Positions 1 through 8,823 are shown, counted from the stretch's first letter. The stretch is 24,191 nucleotides of DNA from an uncultured Planctomycetales bacterium (GCA_964403235.1 CAYOGX010000001.1:1-24191), one strand, 5' to 3'. Notes: generated by a model from the letters alone, not told the origin. Numbers and translations: made by a program.

Positions 1-1
1 C

Positions 2-802
2 TCGCTCGCCGGCGGCGAGCCGTTGCTCCGCGACGACATCGTCGAGGTGGCCCGGTTGGTCTCGCGGCAGCACGTCTGCTTCATGACCACCAACGGGTGG
101 GACCTGACGCCGGACCTGGCCCGCGACCTGTTCGCGGCGAAGCTGTGGGGCGTGTCGGTCAGTCTGGACTATGCCGACCCGGCCAGGCACGACCGCAGGC
201 GTGGGCAGCCCGGGGCGTTCGACCGGGCCGTTCGCGCGTTGGACTATTTCTCCGCCGCCCGCCGTTGGCCCTGGCAGCGGGTCAACGTGATGACGGTCCT
301 GATGCACGACAACCTCGACCAGATCGAGCCGCTGCTCGAGCTGGCGGCCGACCATGGCGCGTACCTGATGGTCCAACCGTACTGCCATCGCAAGACGGGC
401 AGCCACCGGTTCGTCCATTCGAACGGGCAGGTGTCGCCCTATCTGCTCGAGCTCAAGCGGCGGCACCGGAACCTGCTGAGCCACCCGATCTTCCTGAGCA
501 AGTTCGACCAGGCCCTCGACGGCGGCGTGCCGGGCTGCATGGCCGGGCGGGCGTTCTTCAACATCGACTCGACGGGCGACATCGCCATCTGCGTCGAGCA
601 GCGGGATCGCCCGGTCGCCAACCTCTATCGAGACCACGAACAGGTCATCGTCCGCCGCCTCAATGCCGGGGCGCGGGGCAACACGTGCACGGATTGCTGG
701 TACAACTGCCGCGGCGAGGTCGAGATGCTGATGCGTCCGTGGAGCCTGGCCCTGTCGATGCCCGAGCTCCTGTTCGACCGCGGGCGACTGCCCACGCGCT
801 AA
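2..802 (+). CDS. Radical SAM / SPASM-domain protein, 5'-truncated by the window edge
   Basis: The frame is open from base 2 (SLAGGEPLLRDD), giving the GGEP SAM-binding motif, then TTNG, VSVSLD, a SPASM-like GCMAG...NIDSTGDIAIC and C-terminal CTDCWYNCRGE. The CxxxCxxC motif would lie upstream of the window. Confidence 0.9.
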   Translation, partial: SLAGGEPLLRDDIVEVARLVSRQHVCFMTTNGWDLTPDLARDLFAAKLWGVSVSLDYADPARHDRRRGQPGAFDRAVRALDYFSAARRWPWQRVNVMTVLMHDNLDQIEPLLELAADHGAYLMVQPYCHRKTGSHRFVHSNGQVSPYLLELKRRHRNLLSHPIFLSKFDQALDGGVPGCMAGRAFFNIDSTGDIAICVEQRDRPVANLYRDHEQVIVRRLNAGARGNTCTDCWYNCRGEVEMLMRPWSLALSMPELLFDRGRLPTR

Positions 803-817
803 GTCGCGCACCTGACA

Positions 818-886
818 CACTCAGAGCCGCGACCGTCAAGGAGCGGTCCTGGCCCAACCGCTCCCTGACGGTCGCGGCTCTGAGTG
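818..886. repeat. REP-like intergenic palindrome (30-bp arms, 1 mismatch, 9-nt loop)
   Basis: CACTCAGAGCCGCGACCGTCAAGGAGCGGT (818-847) and ACCGCTCCCTGACGGTCGCGGCTCTGAGTG (857-886) are reverse complements except at one base. The element lies between two co-oriented genes. Confidence 0.85.
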
Positions 887-931
887 ACCCCGCACACGCT
901 GGCGCGTCATCGAACCGATGGAGCTTCATCC

Positions 932-3900
932 ATGACACACACATCTGTGTTTGCATTGGTGCCCGGCATGATCGTGGTCCTGCTGGCCGGAGGTGCTGCG
1001 CCGGTGAGGGACAGGCCGCTCGAGCTCACCGGAGACGAATCGCCCGAACGTGCGATCTGTATCTATTGTCCGCAAGATGCGTCGTTCGCAGAAGCCCTGG
1101 CTGCGCGGGAGGTCCGCCGATACATCTACTTGCGGACCGGACACCTGTTGCCCATCCGGCCGGTCACGAAACTGCCCGACGGCGAAGATGCCATCGTCGT
1201 GGCGCGCCAGGATCGTCCGATCCATCGCGCGGTGTTCAGTGGCTACCGCAGTGTTCTCCCGCCGCTCAGGGCACAGGCGTTTTACCTAACGACCATCGCG
1301 AGGGCGGGACGTCGTGTGGTCGTGATTGCCGGCGGCGACGACGCGGGGACGCTGTATGGCGCGTACCGATTCGCCGAGCACCTCGGCGTGCGGTTCTACC
1401 TGCACGGCGACGTGATCCCGGACGATCGGATTGCGTTGAAGCTGCCCGACCTGGACGAGGTCGGCCGGCCGCTGTTTGGGCTGCGAGGCATCCAGCCGTT
1501 CCACGATTTCCCTGAGGGGCCCGACTGGTGGGATCTGGACGACTACAAGGCCATCATCTCGCAGTTGCCCAAGCTCGGCATGAACTTCATCGGGCTGCAC
1601 ACCTACCCGGAGGACCGACCGGCGGCCGAGCCGACGGTGTGGATCGGCCTGGCCAGGGACATCGGCGCGGACGGTCGGGTGAACTTCAGCTACCCGTCGA
1701 TCTACTACAACACGGCGTTGCCCGTCGGGTGGGGGTTCGCCGCCAAGAAGACAAGCGACTACGTGTTCGGTGCGGGGAACCTGTTCGCGAGCGACGCACA
1801 CAGCTCGCAGATCATGGCAGGCGTCGCGCCGAGGCCCGACAGGGCCGAACACTGCAACGAGGTGTTCAACCGCGCCGGCGCGATGCTCCGCGAGGCCTTC
1901 AGACACGCACACGCGCTGGGCGTGAAGACCTGCGTCGGCACCGAGACACCGCTGGTCGTGCCGAAGAGGGTGGCCGCCCGGCTGAAGAAGCTGGGGAAGG
2001 ACCCCAAGGCACCGGCCGTGTTGCAGGAGCTGTATGACGGGATGTTCCGCCGGATCGCTAAGGCCTACCCCATCGACTACTACTGGTTCTGGACGCCAGA
2101 GGGCTGGACCTGGCAGGGCGCCAAACCCGAGCAGATCGAAGCGACCATCAAGGACATCAAGACCGCCTACGCTGCCGCCAAGAACTGCAACGCGCCGTTT
2201 CAACTGGGCACGTGCGGGTGGGTCCTAGGCCCGCCGAGCAACCGTGCCCTGTTCGACGAAGTCCTGCCCAAGGACATGTTCACGAGTTGCATCAGCCGTC
2301 AGGTGGGCCACGCGCCGATCGAGTCGGGGTTCGCGCGGGTCTCCGGTCGGGGGAAATGGGCCATCCCCTGGCTCGAGGACGACCCGGCGATGACGTCGCC
2401 GCAGTTGTGGGTCGGACGGATGCGGACCGACGCCGCCGACGCGCTGCGATACGGGTGCACCGGGCTGATGGGCATCCACTGGCGGACGCGGATCCTCGCG
2501 CCGAACGTCTCGGCGTTGGCCAGGGCGGCCTGGGACCAGACGGGCTGGGGCGAGCGGGCACGGACGGCTGGACCCGTGGGCGGCAAGATCGCCACGTTCC
2601 CGGATCGCGACTTCGCCAATACCCGGGACGACACGCTGTACCAGACCGTCCGCTACGACGTGAACGCCTATCGGCTGGCCGTGCCGAACGGTGTCTATTT
2701 CGTGATGCTGCGGTTCTGCGAGCCGGCCTACAACGAAAAGGGCAAGCGCGTCTTCGGCGTCCGGCTCCAGGGCAGGCGGGTGATCGACAAGCTCGACATC
2801 TTCGCGACCGTCGGCCAGAACCGGGCGCTCGACTATCCGTTTGTCGGGGTCGAGGTGGCCAACGGCTGGCTCGACATCGAGTTCGAGCGTCACGCCGAGC
2901 TGCCCTGCATCGCTGCGATCGACATCGAGGGCGTCGGGTTCGTCCAGAAGATCAACTGCGGCGGCCCGGCCTACAAGGACTATGACCCCGATCCGCCCGT
3001 GTTGTCGCGGTATCCGCCGACGGACGATTTCTATCTCGACTGGGCGACGCATCTGTTCGGTGCCGCCGCGGCTGCCGACGTCGCCAAGGTCTTCGCGAAG
3101 ATGGACTGCGAACTGCCGCGCCCGTCGGACTGGGTGAACGGGCCAGGTGGGCTCAAGCCCGACAGTCAGTCATGGGAGACCGTCGGCAAGGCGTACGCGT
3201 TCGTGGATGAGTTGGCGGCGCTCCGGCCGCGGGTCAAGGGCGCGGGCAACCGGGCGCGGTTCGATTACTGGTTGGACAGTTTCCGTTACCTGCGTGCGTC
3301 CGGTCGGGTCAGGTGCACGTGGGCCCGATACAACGCCGCGATCAAGAAGGTCCAGGCCGAGAAGGACCCCAAGGCCCAACGGGACCTGGCCACCCAGACC
3401 GCCCTGCCGATCCGCAAGCAGTTGGTTCAGGACGTGCGCGAGGTCTATCGGCACCTGCTGGCGACGGTCAACACGACCGGCACGATGGGGACGGTGGCCA
3501 ACTGGGAGCAGCACATCCTGCCCGGCCTGTTGATCAAGCCGGGTGACGAGCTGTCGAAGATCCTCGGCAAACCGTTGCCGCCCGACGCCCAGCCCGACCA
3601 GCGCTACGACGGCCCGATGCGCGTCATCGTGTCGACCGTGCGTAGTAGCGTGACGGCCGGCGAATCGCTGACGCTGAAGGTGATCGTCCTGAGCCAGCAG
3701 CCGCCTTCGCATGCGGCGTTGTATTGGCGCACTGTCGACGACAAGGGCACCGGCGAGTTCGCGAAGATCCCCCTGACACACGTCGCGCGCGGCGTCTACT
3801 CGGTCACGTTTCCGCCGGACGGTGCGAAGGGCATGATGCTGGAGTATTATGTGAAGGTCATGACGGGAGATGGCAAAGCGGTCTGTTTCCCCGCCACCGC

Positions 3901-3937
3901 GCCGGACCTGAACCAGACGGTGGTCGTCGTCCCATAG
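932..3937 (+). CDS. Secreted putative glycoside hydrolase (GH20/GH67-type N-terminal domain, TIM-barrel-like core, inserted malectin domain, C-terminal Ig-like domain), ~1001 aa
   Basis: ATG at 932 with GGAG at 920-923. The ORF-track start at 884 lies inside the palindrome. Hydrophobic signal (VFALVPGMIVVLLAGGAAP); IAGGDDAGTLYGAYRFAEHLGVRF and RPLFGLRGI are typical of the GH20/67/115 N-domain junction; malectin motifs LYQTVRY and GKRVFGV. Confidence 0.75.
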   Translation: MTHTSVFALVPGMIVVLLAGGAAPVRDRPLELTGDESPERAICIYCPQDASFAEALAAREVRRYIYLRTGHLLPIRPVTKLPDGEDAIVVARQDRPIHRAVFSGYRSVLPPLRAQAFYLTTIARAGRRVVVIAGGDDAGTLYGAYRFAEHLGVRFYLHGDVIPDDRIALKLPDLDEVGRPLFGLRGIQPFHDFPEGPDWWDLDDYKAIISQLPKLGMNFIGLHTYPEDRPAAEPTVWIGLARDIGADGRVNFSYPSIYYNTALPVGWGFAAKKTSDYVFGAGNLFASDAHSSQIMAGVAPRPDRAEHCNEVFNRAGAMLREAFRHAHALGVKTCVGTETPLVVPKRVAARLKKLGKDPKAPAVLQELYDGMFRRIAKAYPIDYYWFWTPEGWTWQGAKPEQIEATIKDIKTAYAAAKNCNAPFQLGTCGWVLGPPSNRALFDEVLPKDMFTSCISRQVGHAPIESGFARVSGRGKWAIPWLEDDPAMTSPQLWVGRMRTDAADALRYGCTGLMGIHWRTRILAPNVSALARAAWDQTGWGERARTAGPVGGKIATFPDRDFANTRDDTLYQTVRYDVNAYRLAVPNGVYFVMLRFCEPAYNEKGKRVFGVRLQGRRVIDKLDIFATVGQNRALDYPFVGVEVANGWLDIEFERHAELPCIAAIDIEGVGFVQKINCGGPAYKDYDPDPPVLSRYPPTDDFYLDWATHLFGAAAAADVAKVFAKMDCELPRPSDWVNGPGGLKPDSQSWETVGKAYAFVDELAALRPRVKGAGNRARFDYWLDSFRYLRASGRVRCTWARYNAAIKKVQAEKDPKAQRDLATQTALPIRKQLVQDVREVYRHLLATVNTTGTMGTVANWEQHILPGLLIKPGDELSKILGKPLPPDAQPDQRYDGPMRVIVSTVRSSVTAGESLTLKVIVLSQQPPSHAALYWRTVDDKGTGEFAKIPLTHVARGVYSVTFPPDGAKGMMLEYYVKVMTGDGKAVCFPATAPDLNQTVVVVP

Positions 3938-4008
3938 GGACGATTGAATCGCGACCGCCTGTGTGTCGTCCAACCGTATTGGTGAGCGCGATAACGAAGG
4001 GTGCAACC

Positions 4009-5160
4009 ATGATATCGACCAAACTGCTTGGTGTCGCGTGTGTGATCGCGGGTCTGGCCGAAACGGCGAGCGCAGCCAAGCCGCTGTTCGTTCAGAAGGA
4101 CATCTTCATCGCCGGCCTGGACGGCGTCTGCCAGTACCGCATCCCCGCGATCGTCACGACCAACAAGGGCACGCTGGTGGCCGTCTGCGACGCCCGCGTC
4201 GACCGACCGGGCGACGCGCCCAACAACATCGACCAGGTCGTCAAGCGGAGCCTCGATCGCGGCAAGACCTGGACGCGAATGAAGGTCATCGTCGATTTCC
4301 CCGGCAACGAGGCCGCGGGCGACCCCACCTTGCTGGTGGATCGCAAGACCGGCACGATCTGGATGTTCTACGCCTACGCCATTCCCAAACCCGACGTGAA
4401 GCCCTTCGGCCGGGTCCTGTGGGTCCACGCGGTCACCAGCGACGACGACGGGGTGAGCTGGTCCAAACCGATTGACGTGACCGCCGCGTTCAAGAAGCCC
4501 GAATGGAGCGCGATCGTGACCGCGCCGGGCATGGGCATCCAGACCCGCGCCGGCCGGCTGCTCGTGCCCTGCTATTCCCGGACCGGCGACCGATGGTCCT
4601 CGCACTTGTCCTACAGCGACGACCACGGCAAGACGTGGCACATCGGCGGGCCGGCCCCGCTCAAGACCAACGAATGCCAGGTGGTCGAGCTCGTCGACGG
4701 CACGCTGATGCTCAACATGCGATCTAAACGCGGCAAGGGCTGCCGCGCGGTCGCCACCAGCACCGACGGTGGCAAGACCTGGTCCGAAGCGATCGACGCG
4801 ACGACGCTGGTCGAGCCCGTCTGCCAGGGCAGCTTCATCCGCTACACCGATCGCCGCGACGGCTACGCCAAGGACCGCGTGCTGTTCGCCAACCCCGCCA
4901 GCCGAAAGCGCGAAAACATGACGGTGCGTCTCAGCTACGACGAGGGCAAGACCTGGCCGATCGCCAAGGTCCTCCACACCGGCCCGGCCGCCTATTCCTG
5001 CCCCACGATCCTGGCCGACGGCACGATCGCGGTGTTCTACGAGCGCGGCGACCAAAGCGCCTACGAAACGATCACCTTCGCCCGCTTCAACCTGGAATGG
5101 CTCACCGACGGGAAGGACTGCTTGCGACGGGAGCGATCGTGCAAGAGAGCCGCGCAATGA
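4009..5160 (+). CDS. Exo-alpha-sialidase / GH33 family (BNR repeat) protein with signal peptide, 383 aa
   Basis: ATG at 4009 with a GAAGGG RBS. YRIP motif, five Asp-boxes (SLDRGKTW, SDDDGVSW, SDDHGKTW, STDGGKTW, SYDEGKTW), NECQ, NMRS and a C-terminal AAYS tyrosine motif. Confidence 0.92.
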   Translation: MISTKLLGVACVIAGLAETASAAKPLFVQKDIFIAGLDGVCQYRIPAIVTTNKGTLVAVCDARVDRPGDAPNNIDQVVKRSLDRGKTWTRMKVIVDFPGNEAAGDPTLLVDRKTGTIWMFYAYAIPKPDVKPFGRVLWVHAVTSDDDGVSWSKPIDVTAAFKKPEWSAIVTAPGMGIQTRAGRLLVPCYSRTGDRWSSHLSYSDDHGKTWHIGGPAPLKTNECQVVELVDGTLMLNMRSKRGKGCRAVATSTDGGKTWSEAIDATTLVEPVCQGSFIRYTDRRDGYAKDRVLFANPASRKRENMTVRLSYDEGKTWPIAKVLHTGPAAYSCPTILADGTIAVFYERGDQSAYETITFARFNLEWLTDGKDCLRRERSCKRAAQ

Positions 5161-5641
5161 ACAGGTTCCATTGGGACCGGGCCCTGTGGGGTGGGTTCGC
5201 TCAGCCAACATGGGATCAATGCGCCCCTCCCGTCGTCATTGGCGCATGGCGACTCGACCGGGCCAAACCTGAACCCGACGGTAATCGCGGAGGCGAAGCT
5301 CGAATCCTAGCAGGGGTCGGGGGGCGGAGCAGTACGACGGGGCGGAGCGGCAATGATCTGCGCGGCCGACCCTTCTCGCTGTGATTCGCTGGCCTACGAT
5401 CAGCTTGGGTAGCCCACTGGGATGCTCGGTGATTCACGTTGCTTTGGCCCGTTCCTTCAAATCCTAGGAGACCCTGGTGGGGGCTTGGGGGCGTTTTGGG
5501 CGGCTTCAGCGTCCGCGGCTGCGTCGTCGGCGAGGGTAACGCTGGGGGGAGGGAGGTGAGAACCCATACATCCGTGGCGCGGGGGGTTTGGGCCTGTCCC
5601 GGTACGTTAAGGCGGCTGCGCATTCAGTCGATATTGGAGAC

Positions 5642-6430
5642 ATGGGACGAGGTTATTTGGTACCGCGCATCATCACCGCGTTTGGCGTCAGGGTGCGCTG
5701 CGCAGGGGAGGACGGCTTCGTCCCCGCTTGGCCGATTAACCTCAGCGAGACGGGGGCCTGTCTGCGGCTTCGTCGCGAGGTTTCGGTCGGTCAGCCGATC
5801 CGACTGGAGATAGAGCTGACCGATGAGGCGGATGTGATGGAGGTCGGCGGACGGATTGCATGGGTGCGTGACGACCACGGCAACGGGATGCTTTATTGCG
5901 GGGTGGGCTTCACGGATCTGACCGATGATCAGTTGCAGCAGATCAGAAGCTATGTCGAAATGGGGGCCCGATGGCTGCTGAAGTTCCTCTTCGAGTTCCC
6001 GCTTTTCAAGGAATTCTCCTACGACGACTGCCGGTCGCTGCTGAGAATCGTCACGCTGCGCGAGCTACAGAGGAAGGAAATCCTGTATCACAAGGACACC
6101 CGCGATGCGAACCTGCAAGGGCTGTTCATTGTGCACTCGGGCTTGTTGAGCATTTTCGACGGTCACAAGCCGCGCCCGGAACGCCACCTGGCGGTGGTTT
6201 CCGCAGGGCAGCTATTCGGCGAGACCACGCTGGTAGACGATCAGCCGCATTCGGCTACTGTCATGGCGGTCAATCCCTCTCGGTTGATCCAGGTGAACAA
6301 GATGGGCTACCTGCTGCTGCGCGAAGAGGAGCCCCAACTGGCCCTGAAGATCATGGACGTGGTGGCTCGGGCGCTGGCGGGCCGGTTGGGCCGAACCACC
6401 AGGAGGCTCTTCAGTCCGGTGCGGTTCTGA
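5642..6430 (+). CDS. PilZ domain + cyclic-nucleotide-binding (CAP_ED) domain protein without HTH, ~262 aa; exact start uncertain
   Basis: PilZ second motif NLSETG followed by IRLEIEL...GRIAWVR...GVGF. cNMP domain LFKEFS...LFIVHSG...GQLFGETTLVDDQPHSATVMA. Confidence 0.85.
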   Translation: MGRGYLVPRIITAFGVRVRCAGEDGFVPAWPINLSETGACLRLRREVSVGQPIRLEIELTDEADVMEVGGRIAWVRDDHGNGMLYCGVGFTDLTDDQLQQIRSYVEMGARWLLKFLFEFPLFKEFSYDDCRSLLRIVTLRELQRKEILYHKDTRDANLQGLFIVHSGLLSIFDGHKPRPERHLAVVSAGQLFGETTLVDDQPHSATVMAVNPSRLIQVNKMGYLLLREEEPQLALKIMDVVARALAGRLGRTTRRLFSPVRF

Positions 6431-6567
6431 CCCGTCCGCCGCAACTCCGGTGAGCCGCAATCTTGTTCGGCCCACCGATGGTTCACTCTCGTGGTCATCT
6501 ATGTTCCGCCCTACAGGGCAGGATAGCGGACCCACCGAGACCGGCGAGGGCGGAGGGCTGCCGGTAG

Positions 6568-7224
6568 CTAACCACCGACGAACTCGAGCAATTCGCTGGG
6601 GTGGTCGAGGATTCGGATCGCTTCGGCCAGTTCGTCTGGGCCTCTAAAGCCCCAGGAGACGCCGATGGGGATCATGTTGGCGTTTTGGGCGGTCTCGATG
6701 TCTACGGCGCTGTCGCCGACCAGGGCAATCTGGGATGGGGCCAGGTTCATGGCGGCGGCGATGGCCTGGGCGGACGTGGGTTCGGGTTTTCTCGGGACGG
6801 CCTCCTTGTAGCCTTCGACCTGCACGAACGGCCAGCGGGCGTACATCGTCTCGATGATCTTGACGGCGAAGGCGTGCGGCTTGTTGCTGACCACGCCCAG
6901 GGGAATGCTGCCGCGGATGAGCTCGTCGAGCAGCTCGGGGATTCCCGGGTAGGGATACGACCGGTCCATCGGAAAGGTGTTGTACTCGGCGACGGCCAGC
7001 TCGTACATCCGGTCGAATCGTTCGCCCTCCTCTTCGCCCAGCGCTGCCTGGCAGAGACTTCGCAGGCCCCAGCCGACCCATTTAGCGTAGGCCTCGACCG
7101 GGTGGGCGGGCGCGCCGACGGCCTCGAGCGCGCGATTGGCTGCGTAGGCGATGTCACCCAGCGTGTTGCACAGCGTGCCGTCCAGGTCGAAGATCACGCC
7201 ACGAGCAGCGATGTCGTTCGTCAT
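6568..7224 (-). CDS. HAD-superfamily hydrolase IA, phosphoglycolate phosphatase (Gph)-like
   Basis: Motif I FDLDGT, motif II VSNK, motif III KPEP, motif IV VGDSAVD, and a C-terminal GVSWGF. Confidence 0.9.
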   Translation of the reverse strand: MTNDIAARGVIFDLDGTLCNTLGDIAYAANRALEAVGAPAHPVEAYAKWVGWGLRSLCQAALGEEEGERFDRMYELAVAEYNTFPMDRSYPYPGIPELLDELIRGSIPLGVVSNKPHAFAVKIIETMYARWPFVQVEGYKEAVPRKPEPTSAQAIAAAMNLAPSQIALVGDSAVDIETAQNANMIPIGVSWGFRGPDELAEAIRILDHPSELLEFVGG

Positions 7225-7233
7225 GCGGGGGTC

Positions 7234-8823
7234 CTATCGGGGCGAGGTCGTTGGCGTCGATGCGGGTCCGCGTTTCGGGCCCAGCTTGCCGAGACGCCGG
7301 AGGTTCGCGCGGACGGCCTCGGGCGACCAACTGATGACGATGTACCGATCGCTCACGGCGATCGCCGGCCGGACCACGCCCGCCTGGATGTACCACATGC
7401 CGTCCGGCTCGCGCCCGATCGTCGGGCGGAACTGGCCTCGCGTGCGGCGACGCGCGGGACGCGTCGTGCCGGCGGGTCCCGTGGTGGACGGTTGCATCGC
7501 GGTCCGACGCCACCACGCCAGCCACTCCTGCCACGCGCCCATCATGGCATCGATGGCGTCTTGGACGGGCGCGGGATCGTCGATCTCCACCATCAACGTG
7601 AACGTCAACGGCAGTCGGAGGGGGTGGGCGGGCCAGTCGTGGATGATCAGGTGTCGGCCGAGCCGATCCAGCAACTGCGACCGGACGTGGACGCCGGTTC
7701 GTCGCTGGAAATCGGTCAGCCACTGGTGCCATTCCTCCCGCTCCTTGGCCGTCTGCGAGGCCAGGTAAGCGTCGCGGAGTCGACACGCCCAGTCGATCAG
7801 GTCGAGCTGCATGATCGCGCAGTTCGCCCCGGGGGGCACGGCGGACAACTGATCCTCCGGCAGGTTCTTCGGGTGCGACAGGGGCACGAACTGGTCGCCC
7901 GCGTCGAAGTGGTTCATGATGTAGCAGACGAGGTATCGGCCCTCCATGCGGACCGCGGCCAGCCCGCGCTGCAGCTCGCCCGCGCCCAGGGCCTCGAGCA
8001 CCTGTTCCGGCCGGCCCTTGACGACCGGCTCGAGCCGTTCGTGGATGCCCTGGTAGTTCACCAGCCATTCGATCATCGCGCCTTGTCCGCGGCAGCGACG
8101 TCTGGCGTTGACGAACCAGGGATCGCGCTCGATGGACGTGCTCGGCCGCATGTAGGTCTTGGCGACGCGGTCGAACGCGCCCCGACCCAGGCCGATCACG
8201 TAGCCGTCGCCCAGCGGGCCCCATTCCCACGTCGCCCAAACCGGCAGGCGGGCATCGGTCAGCCGATACGACCGCGACCCGTCCCGGTCGGTCACCTCGA
8301 TCTTGCCGAATTGCTTGTCGGTATAGGTGGCCAGCATCCGCCGGATGCGGTCGACGACGGGCCCGTGCTCGCCGCCGGTCGCCAGCACGACGGCGACCTG
8401 CATGTGGGCCAGCCGGTACCCTTCCGGGCCGACCGGGCGGCTCGACACGTCCATCAGCATCACCACGTGCTCGTGGCTGCCCAACAACGGCAGCGACCCG
8501 GCGATGTCGCTGATGGTTCGGTACTGCTTGGGGATCAGGTTGAGCTGTCGGGCCAGGTCGACCCACTTGAGCATCCGCATGACGACGTGGTCGTCGGCGC
8601 GGGCCTCGGCAGGAAACCGTCCCCAGTAGGCCATCAACACGTCGGCGGGCACGTAGCGGGCCAGGTTGGTACCCGGGCCCGACGGGCGCGTCGTGGGCGA
8701 TTCCGCGCGGGTCGGCACGGACCAGGCCGGCGCCGCGATCAGCACGACGGTCGCCACCCGCCGCCAGGCGAACCGCGCCGGGCTTGTGCCCCCCAGTGTT
8801 GGTAGCGTCTGGCCGTCCGTCAT
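7234..8823 (-). CDS. Exported hypothetical protein, DUF3352-like (inferred), 529 aa
   Basis: Long ORF with GC3-rich codons. Signal-like segment RRVATVVLIAAPAWSVPTRA. The mature N-terminus TNLARYVPADVLMAYWG resembles that of the upstream gene. The start is coupled to the upstream stop (TGATG overlap at 8821-8825). Confidence 0.7.
   Translation of the reverse strand: MTDGQTLPTLGGTSPARFAWRRVATVVLIAAPAWSVPTRAESPTTRPSGPGTNLARYVPADVLMAYWGRFPAEARADDHVVMRMLKWVDLARQLNLIPKQYRTISDIAGSLPLLGSHEHVVMLMDVSSRPVGPEGYRLAHMQVAVVLATGGEHGPVVDRIRRMLATYTDKQFGKIEVTDRDGSRSYRLTDARLPVWATWEWGPLGDGYVIGLGRGAFDRVAKTYMRPSTSIERDPWFVNARRRCRGQGAMIEWLVNYQGIHERLEPVVKGRPEQVLEALGAGELQRGLAAVRMEGRYLVCYIMNHFDAGDQFVPLSHPKNLPEDQLSAVPPGANCAIMQLDLIDWACRLRDAYLASQTAKEREEWHQWLTDFQRRTGVHVRSQLLDRLGRHLIIHDWPAHPLRLPLTFTLMVEIDDPAPVQDAIDAMMGAWQEWLAWWRRTAMQPSTTGPAGTTRPARRRTRGQFRPTIGREPDGMWYIQAGVVRPAIAVSDRYIVISWSPEAVRANLRRLGKLGPKRGPASTPTTSPR

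Noticed and set aside
884-931. ORF-track start (GTG 884) for the large GH gene
   Set aside because: It lies within the palindrome arm and has no RBS. ATG 932 has GGAG and begins the signal peptide.
5260-5312. GGGCCAAACC...GCGAAGCT...CCTAG resembling a c-di-GMP-I (GEMM) riboswitch upstream of a PilZ gene
   Set aside because: It lacks the GAC-GCAAAG core and a clean GNRA tetraloop/receptor pair, so the resemblance is superficial. An Rfam cmscan would settle it.
5296-5470. T-loop-like strings CTCGAATCC and TTCAAATCC suggesting tRNAs
   Set aside because: The flanking bases do not form a T-stem, and no cloverleaf or acceptor stem is present.
6601-8805. 734-aa plus-strand ORF, and similar long overlapping ORFs such as 97-1515, 3847-5211, 8784-9905 and 21019-22341
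   Set aside because: These are antisense or frame-shifted shadows of recognisable genes, as expected in high-GC DNA. They have no family motifs and are Arg/Gly/Pro-rich.
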